Shown: positions 8,819 through 20,314, counted from the first letter of the stretch. The stretch is 64,000 bases of DNA from Alphaproteobacteria bacterium (GCA_965216755.1 CBDCGL010000011.1:2272001-2336000), one strand, 5' to 3'. Notes: generated by a model from the letters alone, not told the origin. A program made the numbers and translations.

Positions 8819-10216
8819 TCACAGTCTGATTCTCGACCAGTAACCGGCTTGCCACAGAGCACTCAAAATGCAAGCGACAGCAATTCTGTACACAACATAA
8901 CAAATCCACATGCCAAGCAGGCCGTAACCCAGCGTCGGGCCGACCAGCCAGGCTGTCGGCAAAAACACAATCCATTGCATGATCACCGTCACGATCATGG
9001 TCTGTCGGGTTGCACCGGCGCCGTTCAGACTGTTCATCATTACGCCCGCGACCAAATCGACGAGGGTCACGCAACCGATCATGCGGAGCGGCCAGCGGGC
9101 GATGGCGATCGTTTCTTGGTCGGTGACAAAAACGCCCACCACGAGGTCGGGTACGAGGACTAGCGGCAATCCGATCGCCAACATGAGCGCCATCCCGACC
9201 CAAATCGTGTCCCACGGCCAGCGTCGCGCATCGGCGATGTCGCCGCGACCGAGGGCCTGTCCAACGAGGGTCGCGGACGCCAAACCAAGCCCCAGACTGG
9301 GCAACACCGCGACCAGCATAATGTTGGTCATGACATTGGAGGCGGCCAAGGCGCGCACGCCAATCAAACCAATGATCCAAAACATCGCGGTTAGACCGGC
9401 GGCAAAAAGGAACTGCTGGAGCGCCGACGGCAAGGCAAAACGGATCAACCGACGCATCGTGTCGCGGTCCGGCCAGCCGACCAAAAAGCCATTCGGTCGG
9501 CCATGCCCTACCCCAAGATAAGTGTACATTGCCGTTCCGACGAACGTCGCGATGGCAGTGCCGATGCCGGCGCCCAATGCACCCATGGCGGGCGCGCCCC
9601 AGTTGCCGAAAATCAACATGTAATTCAGTGCGATGTTCACGGCGTGCATGATCAACTGGGTGCGCAGATAGTAGCCAGGACGGTCGGTCGCATTCCAAAA
9701 GCCGCGATAGGCGAAATTCATCCCGACCGCGGCGATCGCGACCACGCGCGCCTGCAAATAGGGACCGGCTTCGGCAACCACACCGGGATCGTCGTTCAAC
9801 CAACCAATCAATGTGGGCGCGAGCAAAAACAATATGGTGCTAAGCGGCAGCGCCGCCGCTAGGGCGAGGACCAGACCGCCATTGAGCGGCACGGCGGTGA
9901 TATCGTCACGCCCTTCGCCTTTGCGCCGGGCGACCATCGCCTGAACGGCAACGGCCAACCCCGTCACAAAGGCGAATGCCATGAAATTAACGTAGCTGCC
10001 CAACCCGACGCCGGCCAATGCGGTCGGTCCCAACCGACCGACCATCGCCGTGTCCACCAGGTTAAAGATGTTCTGCGACACCATGGCGCCAACGACCGGT
10101 ATGGCCAGAAAAAGTATGCGCCGCGCCCTTGTTCGGTTCGGCCAGCGCCATCCACGGCCAGCGCCGCCTGCCGGCACAATCGGGGCTGGGTTATCGCGCG
10201 GTGTCAAAGGTCTCAA
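8819..10216 (-). CDS. MATE family efflux transporter
   Basis: VDTAMVGRLG, NIALNYMLIFGNWGAPAMGALGAGIGT, about 12 hydrophobic segments; start uncertain. Confidence 0.9.
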   Translation of the reverse strand: MRPLTPRDNPAPIVPAGGAGRGWRWPNRTRARRILFLAIPVVGAMVSQNIFNLVDTAMVGRLGPTALAGVGLGSYVNFMAFAFVTGLAVAVQAMVARRKGEGRDDITAVPLNGGLVLALAAALPLSTILFLLAPTLIGWLNDDPGVVAEAGPYLQARVVAIAAVGMNFAYRGFWNATDRPGYYLRTQLIMHAVNIALNYMLIFGNWGAPAMGALGAGIGTAIATFVGTAMYTYLGVGHGRPNGFLVGWPDRDTMRRLIRFALPSALQQFLFAAGLTAMFWIIGLIGVRALAASNVMTNIMLVAVLPSLGLGLASATLVGQALGRGDIADARRWPWDTIWVGMALMLAIGLPLVLVPDLVVGVFVTDQETIAIARWPLRMIGCVTLVDLVAGVMMNSLNGAGATRQTMIVTVIMQWIVFLPTAWLVGPTLGYGLLGMWICYVVYRIAVACILSALWQAGYWSRIRL

Positions 10217-10706
10217 GGTGACTGGTCAGCTTGGTCAGGAGGCGATCGAGCTGGCCACGTTCTGCCTCTGAAAGCACGGCCAAGACGTGCGCCTCATAAT
10301 TGCGCGCCAAAGGCGCAATGCGCCGATAGACGGCACGCCCGGAAGCGCTTAGCCGCAAAAGATTTCGGCGACGGTCCCGCACATCCGCCTTGCGCTCGAT
10401 GTGCCGCGCCTGCTCGAGGCGTCGTACGGCGCGGCTGACAGTGACTTTGTCCATCAATGTGCGCGCACACAACGTATTGGCCGTCACGTCGCGCGACTGA
10501 GCCAAGACGGCAATAATCCGCCATTCCGGGATCGATAAATCAAACTTGGTCGCGTACTCGTGGGCGAGGGCTTTCGATGCCAAGGTCGCCAAAATCGATA
10601 AGCGATACGGAAAAAAGCGGTCCAAAATCAACGGGTCGCCGTCCACGGCCGCACAATCGCGGGTGTGGGTCGAAGGCGAATAGTGAGTGTGCTTCTTGAG
10701 CGACAT
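10191..10706 (-). CDS. MarR-family regulator, divergent from hmgA
   Basis: FFPYRLS...LSIPEWRII...MDKVTVSRAV...DRRRNLLRLS. Confidence 0.9.
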   Translation of the reverse strand: MSLKKHTHYSPSTHTRDCAAVDGDPLILDRFFPYRLSILATLASKALAHEYATKFDLSIPEWRIIAVLAQSRDVTANTLCARTLMDKVTVSRAVRRLEQARHIERKADVRDRRRNLLRLSASGRAVYRRIAPLARNYEAHVLAVLSEAERGQLDRLLTKLTSHLETFDTAR

Positions 10707-10729
10707 GACCAAGGGTCGTATGGTGGAAA

Positions 10730-10749
10730 TTAGTTACAAATTAAACTAA
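10730..10749. promoter_or_regulatory. Palindromic operator, probably bound by the MarR protein
   Basis: TTAGTT-ACAAATTA-AACTAA inverted repeat in the AT-rich divergent marR/hmgA intergenic region. Confidence 0.6.
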
Positions 10750-10858
10750 CCGGCCGGCCTATTGAGGCACCGACCACACTGGCGTCGTCGGCCTCTGTAA
10801 CACGCCTGCGCGGCAGGGTAATCTGATTGAAGCTGGCACACAAAGCGGACGCACACGT

Positions 10859-12019
10859 ATGAAAACCTGGTTGACTGTTTCTCGCACAGAGGGCCGATCG
10901 TCGCGTCAGGCCCATGCCGATCTGCCGACCGGCACCTATGAGCGCGAACTCGGCAAGGAAGGATTTTTCGGGCCGGCGACACAGATGTACCACACTCATC
11001 CACCGACCGGGTGGATTGGGTTTGACGGGCCGTTGCAGCCGCGCGCTTTTGATACCAACAAGCTGACATCCGGCGCACAAACAAAATCTGCCAACACCCC
11101 CTGGCACGCGCATGAACTGCTGTGGAACCAAGCGACGCGGGTTCGCATGTGGACAATCGCCGACGCCATGGATTCTTTGGCCCGCAATGCCGACGGCGAC
11201 GAGTTGCTGTTTGTTCATCAGGGCCATGGCGATCTGTTTTGTGATTACGGCCGCCTGGCCATCCGGGACGGTGACTACGTGGTGCTGCCGCGCGGCACCA
11301 TGTGGCGCATCGAACCGAGCGACCCCATGACCGTACTGATGATCGAAGCGTCAAACGGCAGCTATTTCCTGCCTGAAAAGGGCATGGTCGGCCGGCACGC
11401 GATTTTTGATCCGGCCATTCTCGACACACCGCAAATCGACGACGCCTTTCGTGCTCAGCAAGACGAGCGAGAGTGGCAGGTGCATATCAAACGCGGCCAG
11501 GAGACGTCCGTTTTGACCTATCCGTTCAACCCGCTTGACGCTGTCGGTTGGCACGGTGATTTGGCGCCGGTCCGGATCAATTGGCGCGACATTCGCCCAT
11601 TGATGAGCCACCGCTATCATCTGCCGCCATCCGCCCATACGACGTTTTTGTCGGATCGTTTTGTCGTCTGTACTTTTTGCCCGCGGCCGATCGAAAGCGA
11701 TCCCGGTGCATTGAAAGTGCCCTTTTTTCACAGCAACGAAGATTATGACGAGGTGATTTTCTACCACCGTGGTGAGTTCTTCAGCCGCGACAACATCCAT
11801 CCTGGCATGATTACCATGCACCCCTGCGGTTTCAGTCACGGCCCCCATCCGAAAGCCTTTGCCACCGGCGCCAAGGCGGCACGCAAAGAAACCGACGAGG
11901 TCGCGGTGATGATCGACACCCGCGACGCCCTCAACATCGCGCCAGCCGCCGCCAGCGTTGAATGGCCCGGCTATGTCGACTCATGGAAACCGGCAACGCC
12001 GGCCGAGGCCGCCGAATGA
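10859..12019 (+). CDS. hmgA: Homogentisate 1,2-dioxygenase
   Basis: RNADGDELLFVH, PFNPLDAVGWHG, PFFHSNEDYDEV, HGPHP; clustered with fahA and maiA. Confidence 0.93.
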   Translation: MKTWLTVSRTEGRSSRQAHADLPTGTYERELGKEGFFGPATQMYHTHPPTGWIGFDGPLQPRAFDTNKLTSGAQTKSANTPWHAHELLWNQATRVRMWTIADAMDSLARNADGDELLFVHQGHGDLFCDYGRLAIRDGDYVVLPRGTMWRIEPSDPMTVLMIEASNGSYFLPEKGMVGRHAIFDPAILDTPQIDDAFRAQQDEREWQVHIKRGQETSVLTYPFNPLDAVGWHGDLAPVRINWRDIRPLMSHRYHLPPSAHTTFLSDRFVVCTFCPRPIESDPGALKVPFFHSNEDYDEVIFYHRGEFFSRDNIHPGMITMHPCGFSHGPHPKAFATGAKAARKETDEVAVMIDTRDALNIAPAAASVEWPGYVDSWKPATPAEAAE

Positions 12020-13014
12020 AACTGGCGTCATTGAAAAGTGCCGGCCGTGACGGCACGTTGATCGTGGTATCCCGCGATTTGACGCGGGCCGTGGCGGTGC
12101 CCGATATTTCTCCCACATTACAGCAGGCGATAGAAGACTGGCCGAATACGGCGCCGCGCTTGAATCACACTTATCAGCGCCTCAATGATGGCATCGAAGA
12201 TCGCGCATTTTCGCTCAATGTCGCGACCTTGGCGGCACCGCTGCCACGTGCGTTTCAGTGGGTCGATGGCAGCGCCTATGTCAATCACGTCGAACTGGTG
12301 CGCAAGGCGCGGGGCGCCGAAATGCCGCCGAGTTTTTGGACCGATCCGTTGATGTATCAGGGATGCTCGGATGGCTTTCTGGGCCCGCGCGATCCGATCG
12401 AAGCCGTCAGCGAGGCGTGGGGCATCGACTTCGAGTCCGAAATCGCCGTGGTCACCGACGATGTGCCGCTTGGCACCGACACGGCGCGAGCCGGCGCCCA
12501 TATTAAGCTCCTGATGCTGGTCAACGATGTCAGTCTGCGCGGCTTGATCCCGGCCGAACTCGCCAAGGGCTTCGGTTTCCTTCATGGCAAACCGGCCAGC
12601 GCCTTTTCGCCGGTCGCGGTCACGCCGGACGAACTTGGCGCCGCCTGGCACGACAACAAAGTGCATCGACCGCTGATTTCGGAGCTCAACGGCGCCACGT
12701 TCGGCGCGCCCAATGCCGGCCTTGATATGACCTTCGATTTTGCCGCGCTGATTGCGCACGCCGCAAAGTCACGATCATTGGCTGCCGGCACCATCGTCGG
12801 GTCCGGCACCGTCTCGAACCAAGACCGGTCCGCGGGCTCGTCGTGCCTGGCCGAACAGCGCATGCTGGAAACGATCGATGACGGCAAGCCAACCACCCCG
12901 TTCATGCGGTTCGGCGACCGTATCCGCATCGACATGGTCGACGACAAGGGCGACAGCATTTTTGGTGACATCGACCAGACGGTCGTCCAAATCGCGCCCG
13001 CGAGTCAGCCATAG
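12016..13014 (+). CDS. fahA: Fumarylacetoacetate hydrolase family protein
   Basis: MKLASLK.GRDG, IDFESEIAV, NDVSLR, GSGTVSN; ATGA overlap with hmgA. Confidence 0.9.
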   Translation: MKLASLKSAGRDGTLIVVSRDLTRAVAVPDISPTLQQAIEDWPNTAPRLNHTYQRLNDGIEDRAFSLNVATLAAPLPRAFQWVDGSAYVNHVELVRKARGAEMPPSFWTDPLMYQGCSDGFLGPRDPIEAVSEAWGIDFESEIAVVTDDVPLGTDTARAGAHIKLLMLVNDVSLRGLIPAELAKGFGFLHGKPASAFSPVAVTPDELGAAWHDNKVHRPLISELNGATFGAPNAGLDMTFDFAALIAHAAKSRSLAAGTIVGSGTVSNQDRSAGSSCLAEQRMLETIDDGKPTTPFMRFGDRIRIDMVDDKGDSIFGDIDQTVVQIAPASQP

Positions 13015-13015
13015 C

Positions 13016-13660
13016 ATGAAACTTTACGGCTATTTCCGCTCGTCCGCCGCGTACCGCGCACGCATCGCGCTCAATCTCAAAGGCCTCGCCTATGAGTCGA
13101 TATCGGTGCATTTGGTCAAGGATGGCGGCGCGCAGTTCCGACCCGACTATGTCAAACGGAACCCACAGGCGTTGGTGCCCACCTTGGAAACCGACGATCT
13201 GGTACTGACTCAATCTCTGGCGATCATCGACTATCTCGACGACATATGTCCCGACCCGCCGTTGTTGCCAGATTCACCCGCGGCACGGGCGCGCGTGCGC
13301 GCCATCGCCCTGGCCATCGCGTGCGATATTCACCCGCTTAATAATCTGCGTGTGCTGAACTTCCTCACCAATGAGCTGGCGGTCTCGTCCGACGATCGGA
13401 CTCGCTGGTACCACCATTGGGTGGAAAGCGGATTGGCGGCGGTCGAGAAAATGCTCGCCCATGACCCCGGCACCGGCACGTTTTGTCATGGCGACCAACC
13501 CGGCCTGGCCGACATTTGTCTGGTGCCCCAAGTCGCCAATGCCGAACGGTTCGCTTGTGATTTGGGGCCGTGCCCGACCATCCGCCGTATCAATGACGCA
13601 TGCCTCGCAATGCCCGCGTTCAGTGATGCCGCGCCGCAAAATCAATCGGATGCCGAGTAG
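13016..13660 (+). CDS. maiA: Maleylacetoacetate isomerase (GST zeta class)
   Basis: YFRSSAAYRARIALNLKG, ACDIHPLNNLRVL. Confidence 0.93.
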   Translation: MKLYGYFRSSAAYRARIALNLKGLAYESISVHLVKDGGAQFRPDYVKRNPQALVPTLETDDLVLTQSLAIIDYLDDICPDPPLLPDSPAARARVRAIALAIACDIHPLNNLRVLNFLTNELAVSSDDRTRWYHHWVESGLAAVEKMLAHDPGTGTFCHGDQPGLADICLVPQVANAERFACDLGPCPTIRRINDACLAMPAFSDAAPQNQSDAE

Positions 13661-13850
13661 TCAAAACCGGTAATCTGATACCTGGGCTTTGCCATTCGCG
13701 GGATACACACTATTTGGGTTTGCGAGGCATAACACACGCTGCGGCGGGGGAAGCCTAGGCAACCGCGGCCTGTAACTGGTTACAGGATACGACGATCGCG
13801 GCTAAAATATTGATTATTAAGCATAGTCTCATACGTCCCGGTGGTCTCGG

Positions 13851-14312
13851 ATGATCACCGATTCAGCGCCCGTGAGCGTTAATCCGACCGCTGTACAAAA
13901 TGGTGGCCAGCGCGTCGGTGCTGTCCGCGAGTTGGCGACATCGCAACGTCCGACCGCGCTGCCAGTGCCGCAGCACGTCGCTCGCTTTGGGCGCTCCGTG
14001 CCGCTGCTGGACGGTGGCACCGCATTCCATGCCCAATTGGCCCGCGATAATGACCCCAGGGCCCGGGACAGTTACGGCTTGTCGGCGGATGAACGACGTC
14101 TGGCCAACCGCCTCCGGGAACCCAACGGTAATACGGCCCTGGCGCCGCCCGGACTGACCCGCCTGAGTGGCACGCGCGACGCCGGCATCGCGGCCACAGT
14201 GGTCGAAATCGGCGCCGACGGGGTGCCGTCGATCCGTACCGTCAAACCTGCCCTAGACGTCGCCGCCGCCGCAGCCCACACAATTGGGCGCGACGTGTCG
14301 ATCTCCGTCTAA
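13851..14312 (+). CDS. Hypothetical protein
   Basis: 153-aa ORF after an AT-rich promoter-like region; 3' end overlaps sigZ by about 60 nt. Confidence 0.5.
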   Translation: MITDSAPVSVNPTAVQNGGQRVGAVRELATSQRPTALPVPQHVARFGRSVPLLDGGTAFHAQLARDNDPRARDSYGLSADERRLANRLREPNGNTALAPPGLTRLSGTRDAGIAATVVEIGADGVPSIRTVKPALDVAAAAAHTIGRDVSISV

Positions 14313-14888
14313 TCCGATCGACCGCCGCTTATATTTGACGATATTACCGCGCCGATCCGCCTCGATCGCGCAGCAGCGATACAGGGCCTGTTTGAGTTTG
14401 GCGCGCCCGCGCTGCACCCTTGATTTCATGCCCGACACGGAGATACCCACACGCCGTGCGGCCTCGGCTTGGGTCAGGCCTTCGATATCTGTCATGAGCA
14501 AAGCACCAGCGTAAGGCTCCGGCAGTTCCATGATCATCGGCCGCAAACAGGCTGCCAGCGCGGTTGTCACATCGTGCTCGGGGCCGCTGTCCCCCATGGG
14601 GTGCATGGGGTCGGTCGGATCATCGGCCATCGCCGCGCGGCGACGCACCTCCGCGCGGCGGTAATGATCGATGAGCGTGTTTGTCGCAACGCGTCGCATC
14701 CACGCGATCGGGTTGGTCGCGTTTTCAACGGCAAGGCGCGATTCAACGAGCTTCAGCAATATCTCGCCGGCCAGGTCGTCAGCATTGGATGGATGAACAT
14801 GCCGACGAACATAGGTATGCAGATTTCCGACGAAGGCCCGCCAGATATCACGCGCCCGCGCGTCACTGAGTGCGACCTGCGCCATCAA
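14253..14888 (-). CDS. sigZ: ECF RNA polymerase sigma factor, SigZ-like
   Basis: Region 2 (ADDLAGEILLK...AWMRRVATNTLIDHYRR), region 4 (GLTQAEAARRVGISVSGMKSRVQRGR), C-terminal RCCAIEADRRG. Confidence 0.85.
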   Translation of the reverse strand: MMAQVALSDARARDIWRAFVGNLHTYVRRHVHPSNADDLAGEILLKLVESRLAVENATNPIAWMRRVATNTLIDHYRRAEVRRRAAMADDPTDPMHPMGDSGPEHDVTTALAACLRPMIMELPEPYAGALLMTDIEGLTQAEAARRVGISVSGMKSRVQRGRAKLKQALYRCCAIEADRRGNIVKYKRRSIGLDGDRHVAPNCVGCGGGDV

Positions 14889-15328
14889 AGACTGCCGCAG
14901 CAGCTCCCCTTTGGCCGACTTTGCGCCGCCACCCCGGCAACGCCAAGATCGTGACCGCCCTGATCGGGATTGTCATCGATGATCTGATACCATTCCCAGC
15001 GCAGCCCCTGGGGTTCTTGCGACCAAACCTTGTCTTGCACCGCATGACAGCACGTCGTGGCGGTCTCGACCTCGTCGAGCAATCCGGAGCCTGCCAGACG
15101 GTCTTTGGCGACTTCGACTGCGGCCCCTTCGAATACTTCGACGCCCAAATGATTGAGTCGGTCGGCAGCGTCCGGGTTTTCGAACAGAACAAGCTTCAAG
15201 GGCGGCTGGTCGATGGCAAAGTTGGCGTAACCGGGGCGCTGTTTGTGTGGCGTCGCATCGAACAGTTTCGAGTAATAGTCGACCGCTTCGTCAATATCGC
15301 GCACATTCAGGGCCAGTTGCAGGCGCAT
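14885..15328 (-). CDS. ArsI/CadI family VOC (glyoxalase-fold) metalloenzyme
   Basis: MRLQLALNV, GYANFAI..PPLKLVL, LNHLGVEV, TTCCHAVQDKVW..PQG.RWEWY; GGAGG SD. Confidence 0.88.
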   Translation of the reverse strand: MRLQLALNVRDIDEAVDYYSKLFDATPHKQRPGYANFAIDQPPLKLVLFENPDAADRLNHLGVEVFEGAAVEVAKDRLAGSGLLDEVETATTCCHAVQDKVWSQEPQGLRWEWYQIIDDNPDQGGHDLGVAGVAAQSRPKGSCCGSL

Positions 15329-15361
15329 GGCAAACCTCCTTTGAAAACATTTCGCATTGTA

Positions 15362-15392
15362 TAAGACGCAGCGGCGCTTGTAAGGACGCAGC
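15362..15392 (-). promoter_or_regulatory. Putative ECF-type promoter for arsI-sigZ
   Basis: Minus strand TGCGTC-N16-CGTC (GCTGCGTC direct repeat, 20-nt period) about 35 nt upstream of the start codon. Confidence 0.4.
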
Positions 15393-15521
15393 TTTTTTGC
15401 TCCATCGAGGCCCGAACACGCCATAACTTGAAGCGCGCCAATGAACCCGTTATGAGTTGCCTGCCGTTTATCGGCCCGCATCAACGGCGAAACGTATCAA
15501 CAGCGAAACAGGGACGCTGGC

Positions 15522-15650
15522 ATGTCGTACGATCAAGATCAAATGCTTCAAGAACATCAGGCGGTTTGGTCCGGCTTCATGAAGCTGTGCACCTATTCGG
15601 TCATCGCTATTGTCGTCTTGCTCATATTGATGGCGATCTTCCTGCTCTAA
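15522..15650 (+). CDS. aa3-type cytochrome c oxidase subunit IV-like small membrane protein (42 aa)
   Basis: Manual translation MSYDQDQMLQEHQAVWSGFMKLCTYSVIAIVVLLILMAIFLL; EHxxxWxGF plus one C-terminal TM helix; below the ORF-track cutoff. Confidence 0.8.
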   Translation: MSYDQDQMLQEHQAVWSGFMKLCTYSVIAIVVLLILMAIFLL

Positions 15651-15672
15651 GGTCTGCTCGGATTCGACATCC

Positions 15673-16206
15673 GTGCAACCCGACCTGCCCTTCATTGCGC
15701 CGCGACCGGCACCGATAGCGGCGGCTGGCCGGCGCTTTCGCGTTGCGGTACCCGGGCCGCGCCAGTCAGCGGCGCAGGCTGGAAAGGCAGTCGACGCCCA
15801 GGATATCGCGCGCGGCGCCATCCGCCTGCTGGACGCGTTGGGATATCGCACGTTGACCGAGATGCGCCTGGTGTCCGGGCGGCGAGTCGATGTCATCGGC
15901 CTCGATCGGCGCGGCCGGTTCGCGGTCGTGGAAGTGAAGTCCAGCCTTGCCGATCTGGCGGCGGACAAGAAATGGCAGGATTATTTGCCTTATTGCGACG
16001 ACTTCTATTTTGCCGTCGCCAGCAAATTCCCTCTTGACCGGCTTCCGGACGAGACGGGCATTATGATCGCCGACCGATTCGCCGGGGAAATCGTGCGCTG
16101 CAGTCTGCGGCAAACAATGAACGGCGCGGCGCGGCGACGTCAGATTCTGCAATTCGCCCTGACCGCCGGGTCGCGTTTGTATCAGCAAGACGAAACTGAC
16201 ATATGA
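15673..16206 (+). CDS. mmcB: MmcB-family DNA repair putative endonuclease
   Basis: SGRRVDVIGL...VEVKSSLADLAADKKWQDYLPYCDDFYFAV (PD-(D/E)xK-like); start uncertain. Confidence 0.85.
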   Translation: MQPDLPFIAPRPAPIAAAGRRFRVAVPGPRQSAAQAGKAVDAQDIARGAIRLLDALGYRTLTEMRLVSGRRVDVIGLDRRGRFAVVEVKSSLADLAADKKWQDYLPYCDDFYFAVASKFPLDRLPDETGIMIADRFAGEIVRCSLRQTMNGAARRRQILQFALTAGSRLYQQDETDI

Positions 16207-16342
16207 TGGCGGCGGGATGCTGGCGTGCGCGGGGTCCGAGCCTCGGCACGCAATTTATCGCGGCACTCAGGCAGAATGTGGGTCGTTGCAGTATGACCGT
16301 GTGGGCCAGGGCAACGCCGGTCGGTTTTCGGGGGGTGGAACG

Positions 16343-16525
16343 ATGGTTCGGTCACGTCGCAAGGAAGCACTGTGCATCTTGTTGGTCTCGGCGACGACAC
16401 TTGTCGCCGGTTGCAACCTGCAGCGCGACGATCTCAATCCGATTCGAATCTTTTGTCCGGGTACCTTCGACCCTGAAACCAACAAGTGCGTTGTTGACAC
16501 GGATACGCCGCTGGGGGGACCGTAA
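16343..16525 (+). CDS. Small lipoprotein (60 aa)
   Basis: MVRSRRKEALCILLVSATTLVAG|C lipobox; mature part contains CPGTFDPETNKC. Confidence 0.6.
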   Translation: MVRSRRKEALCILLVSATTLVAGCNLQRDDLNPIRIFCPGTFDPETNKCVVDTDTPLGGP

Positions 16526-16566
16526 AACGTGACGCAAATTTGCCGAGCGGCAATAACGAGGTTCAC

Positions 16567-17214
16567 ATGACATCGCTGACCACGCGTCTGCAGGCGCTAT
16601 ATACGGGCGTCGTGTATGACACCATGAGCGATATGGGGTTGCCGTCGCAGGCCCTGCCGCCCGAAATTCAACCGCTTGATCCCGGAAAGACCGTGGCCGG
16701 TCCCGTATGGACATTGAGTGGCGTCGCAACACCCAGTGTCAGCCGGCACGATTCGCTGCTGAGCTGGACCGAATTCCTGTCCAAAGCACCCGCCGACCAC
16801 GTGATCGTCTGTCAGCCCAATTGCATGACCTTGGCGTTGATGGGCGAGCTTTCGGCAGAGACCCTGAAATCGCGCGGTGTCCTCGGTTACATCGTCGACG
16901 GTGGCAGCCGCGACATCGATTTCATCGTCAAACTTGGCTTCCCGGTCTTTTGTCGCTTTCGCACACCAGCGGATATCGCCGGCCGTTGGCGGGTCGACGA
17001 AATGGGTCAGCCGATCAAGATCGGCCAGACCGAAATAGCCACCGGTGATTACGCGATCGCGGACCAAGACGGGGCCGTGATCATACCCGGCGACCGCGCC
17101 GAGGCAGTGATCGCCGCGGCCGAAGCCGCGGTCAATAGCGAAAACAAAATTCGGGATATGATCCTGTCGGGTGGTGATCCCAAAGAAGCCTATTTGCAAT
17201 ACGGCAAATTCTAG
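16567..17214 (+). CDS. RraA / HMG-CHA aldolase family protein
   Basis: ALMGELSA...GYIVDGGSRD...GDYAIADQDGAVIIP. Confidence 0.88.
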   Translation: MTSLTTRLQALYTGVVYDTMSDMGLPSQALPPEIQPLDPGKTVAGPVWTLSGVATPSVSRHDSLLSWTEFLSKAPADHVIVCQPNCMTLALMGELSAETLKSRGVLGYIVDGGSRDIDFIVKLGFPVFCRFRTPADIAGRWRVDEMGQPIKIGQTEIATGDYAIADQDGAVIIPGDRAEAVIAAAEAAVNSENKIRDMILSGGDPKEAYLQYGKF

Positions 17215-17226
17215 GACCCGTAAACG

Positions 17227-18018
17227 ATGGCCTCAGAGCAGACATTCTCGGTGCTGGCCCAGTTTCGCATAGACGGCAAGATCGCGGTGGTGACCGGCGG
17301 TGGCGCCGGCATCGGCCGTATTGCGGCCCTTTCCTTCGCCGAAGCCGGCGCCTACGTTGCCGTTACCGATATCGATTTGGCAGCCGCTGAGCAGGTTGCC
17401 GCCGAGATCACGGAAGCTGGCGGCAAGGCGGACGCGCGCGCATTAGATGTGTCCGACAATGCCGCCATTTCGACCACCATGCAGGCGATCGGCCGCGATC
17501 ATGGCCGTATCGATATCCTGATGAACAATGCCGGCGTCGCGCAACGGGACGCCACCGAAACCATGCCGTTGGACGTGTGGGACCGGATTGTTCAAGTCAA
17601 TCAAACAGCGGTGTTCGTATGTTCGCAGGAGGCGGGCAAGTTCATGATCGCCAACAAGAGCGGCGCGATCATCAATGTCGCATCGATCATGGGGCTTGGC
17701 GGCGGCGGCCTGTATCCCAATTTGCCTTACCACGCCACAAAAGGTGCCGTGGTCAATATGACCCGCGCGTTGGCGTCCGAATGGGCGGCTTATGGCATTC
17801 GGGTAAACGCCTTGGCGCCGACGTTCGTGCGCACCGATTTGACCAAGCGGCTTCAGGAAAACAACGCACTGGTTGCCGAGATCAACGCCCGCACACCGCT
17901 GGGGCGCTTTGCCGAACCCGAAGAGATGGCCGGCGCGATCCTCTATCTCGCCAGCCCGGCGGCGGCGATGGTGACCGGCCATATTCTCGCCGTCGATGGC
18001 GGCTGGACCGCGATCTGA
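17227..18018 (+). CDS. Short-chain dehydrogenase/reductase
   Basis: TGGGAGIG, NNAG, YHATK, VDGGW. Confidence 0.93.
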   Translation: MASEQTFSVLAQFRIDGKIAVVTGGGAGIGRIAALSFAEAGAYVAVTDIDLAAAEQVAAEITEAGGKADARALDVSDNAAISTTMQAIGRDHGRIDILMNNAGVAQRDATETMPLDVWDRIVQVNQTAVFVCSQEAGKFMIANKSGAIINVASIMGLGGGGLYPNLPYHATKGAVVNMTRALASEWAAYGIRVNALAPTFVRTDLTKRLQENNALVAEINARTPLGRFAEPEEMAGAILYLASPAAAMVTGHILAVDGGWTAI

Positions 18019-18042
18019 CTCGCGATCCACGCCGCCCACGAA

Positions 18043-19953
<1,911 letters not shown>

Positions 19954-20261
19954 CTAAATCCTGTTTGCTGCGGTTGAGATGCCATAAACCCGCTGCGCAC
20001 GCACACCGTCGCACGGTACGCTGTCGTCACGACCACACTCAAACGACTTGCCTGTGAACGCAGACTGTCGGCCATCGGACAAGATGTGGCCACGCTTCGG
20101 CACAAGCCCCGGGCACGCACGTATCGACTGGCAATGCTCTAGCTGGCTCTCCGTTGCATGGCTATGACGTCTCCCCACGAGACGCCGTTGCCGACCGACT
20201 CGACGTTCCCAAAAGCCGCCGACCCAGTTACAAAAAGGGGCACAAATCGCGTGGGACGTCT

Positions 20262-20275
20262 TTGATCGAGGTCAA
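20262..20275. promoter_or_regulatory. FNR/NNR/DNR-type box upstream of nirS
   Basis: TTGAT-CGAG-GTCAA, one mismatch to TTGAT-N4-ATCAA. Confidence 0.7.
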
Positions 20276-20314
20276 TTCCCTAACCGTCGCGGTGGGTCGA
20301 GTGGCGCGACCGGG

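Noticed and set aside
15650-15700. LexA box (GTTC-N7-GTTC) upstream of mmcB
   Set aside because: Expected for an SOS gene, but no match was found by eye
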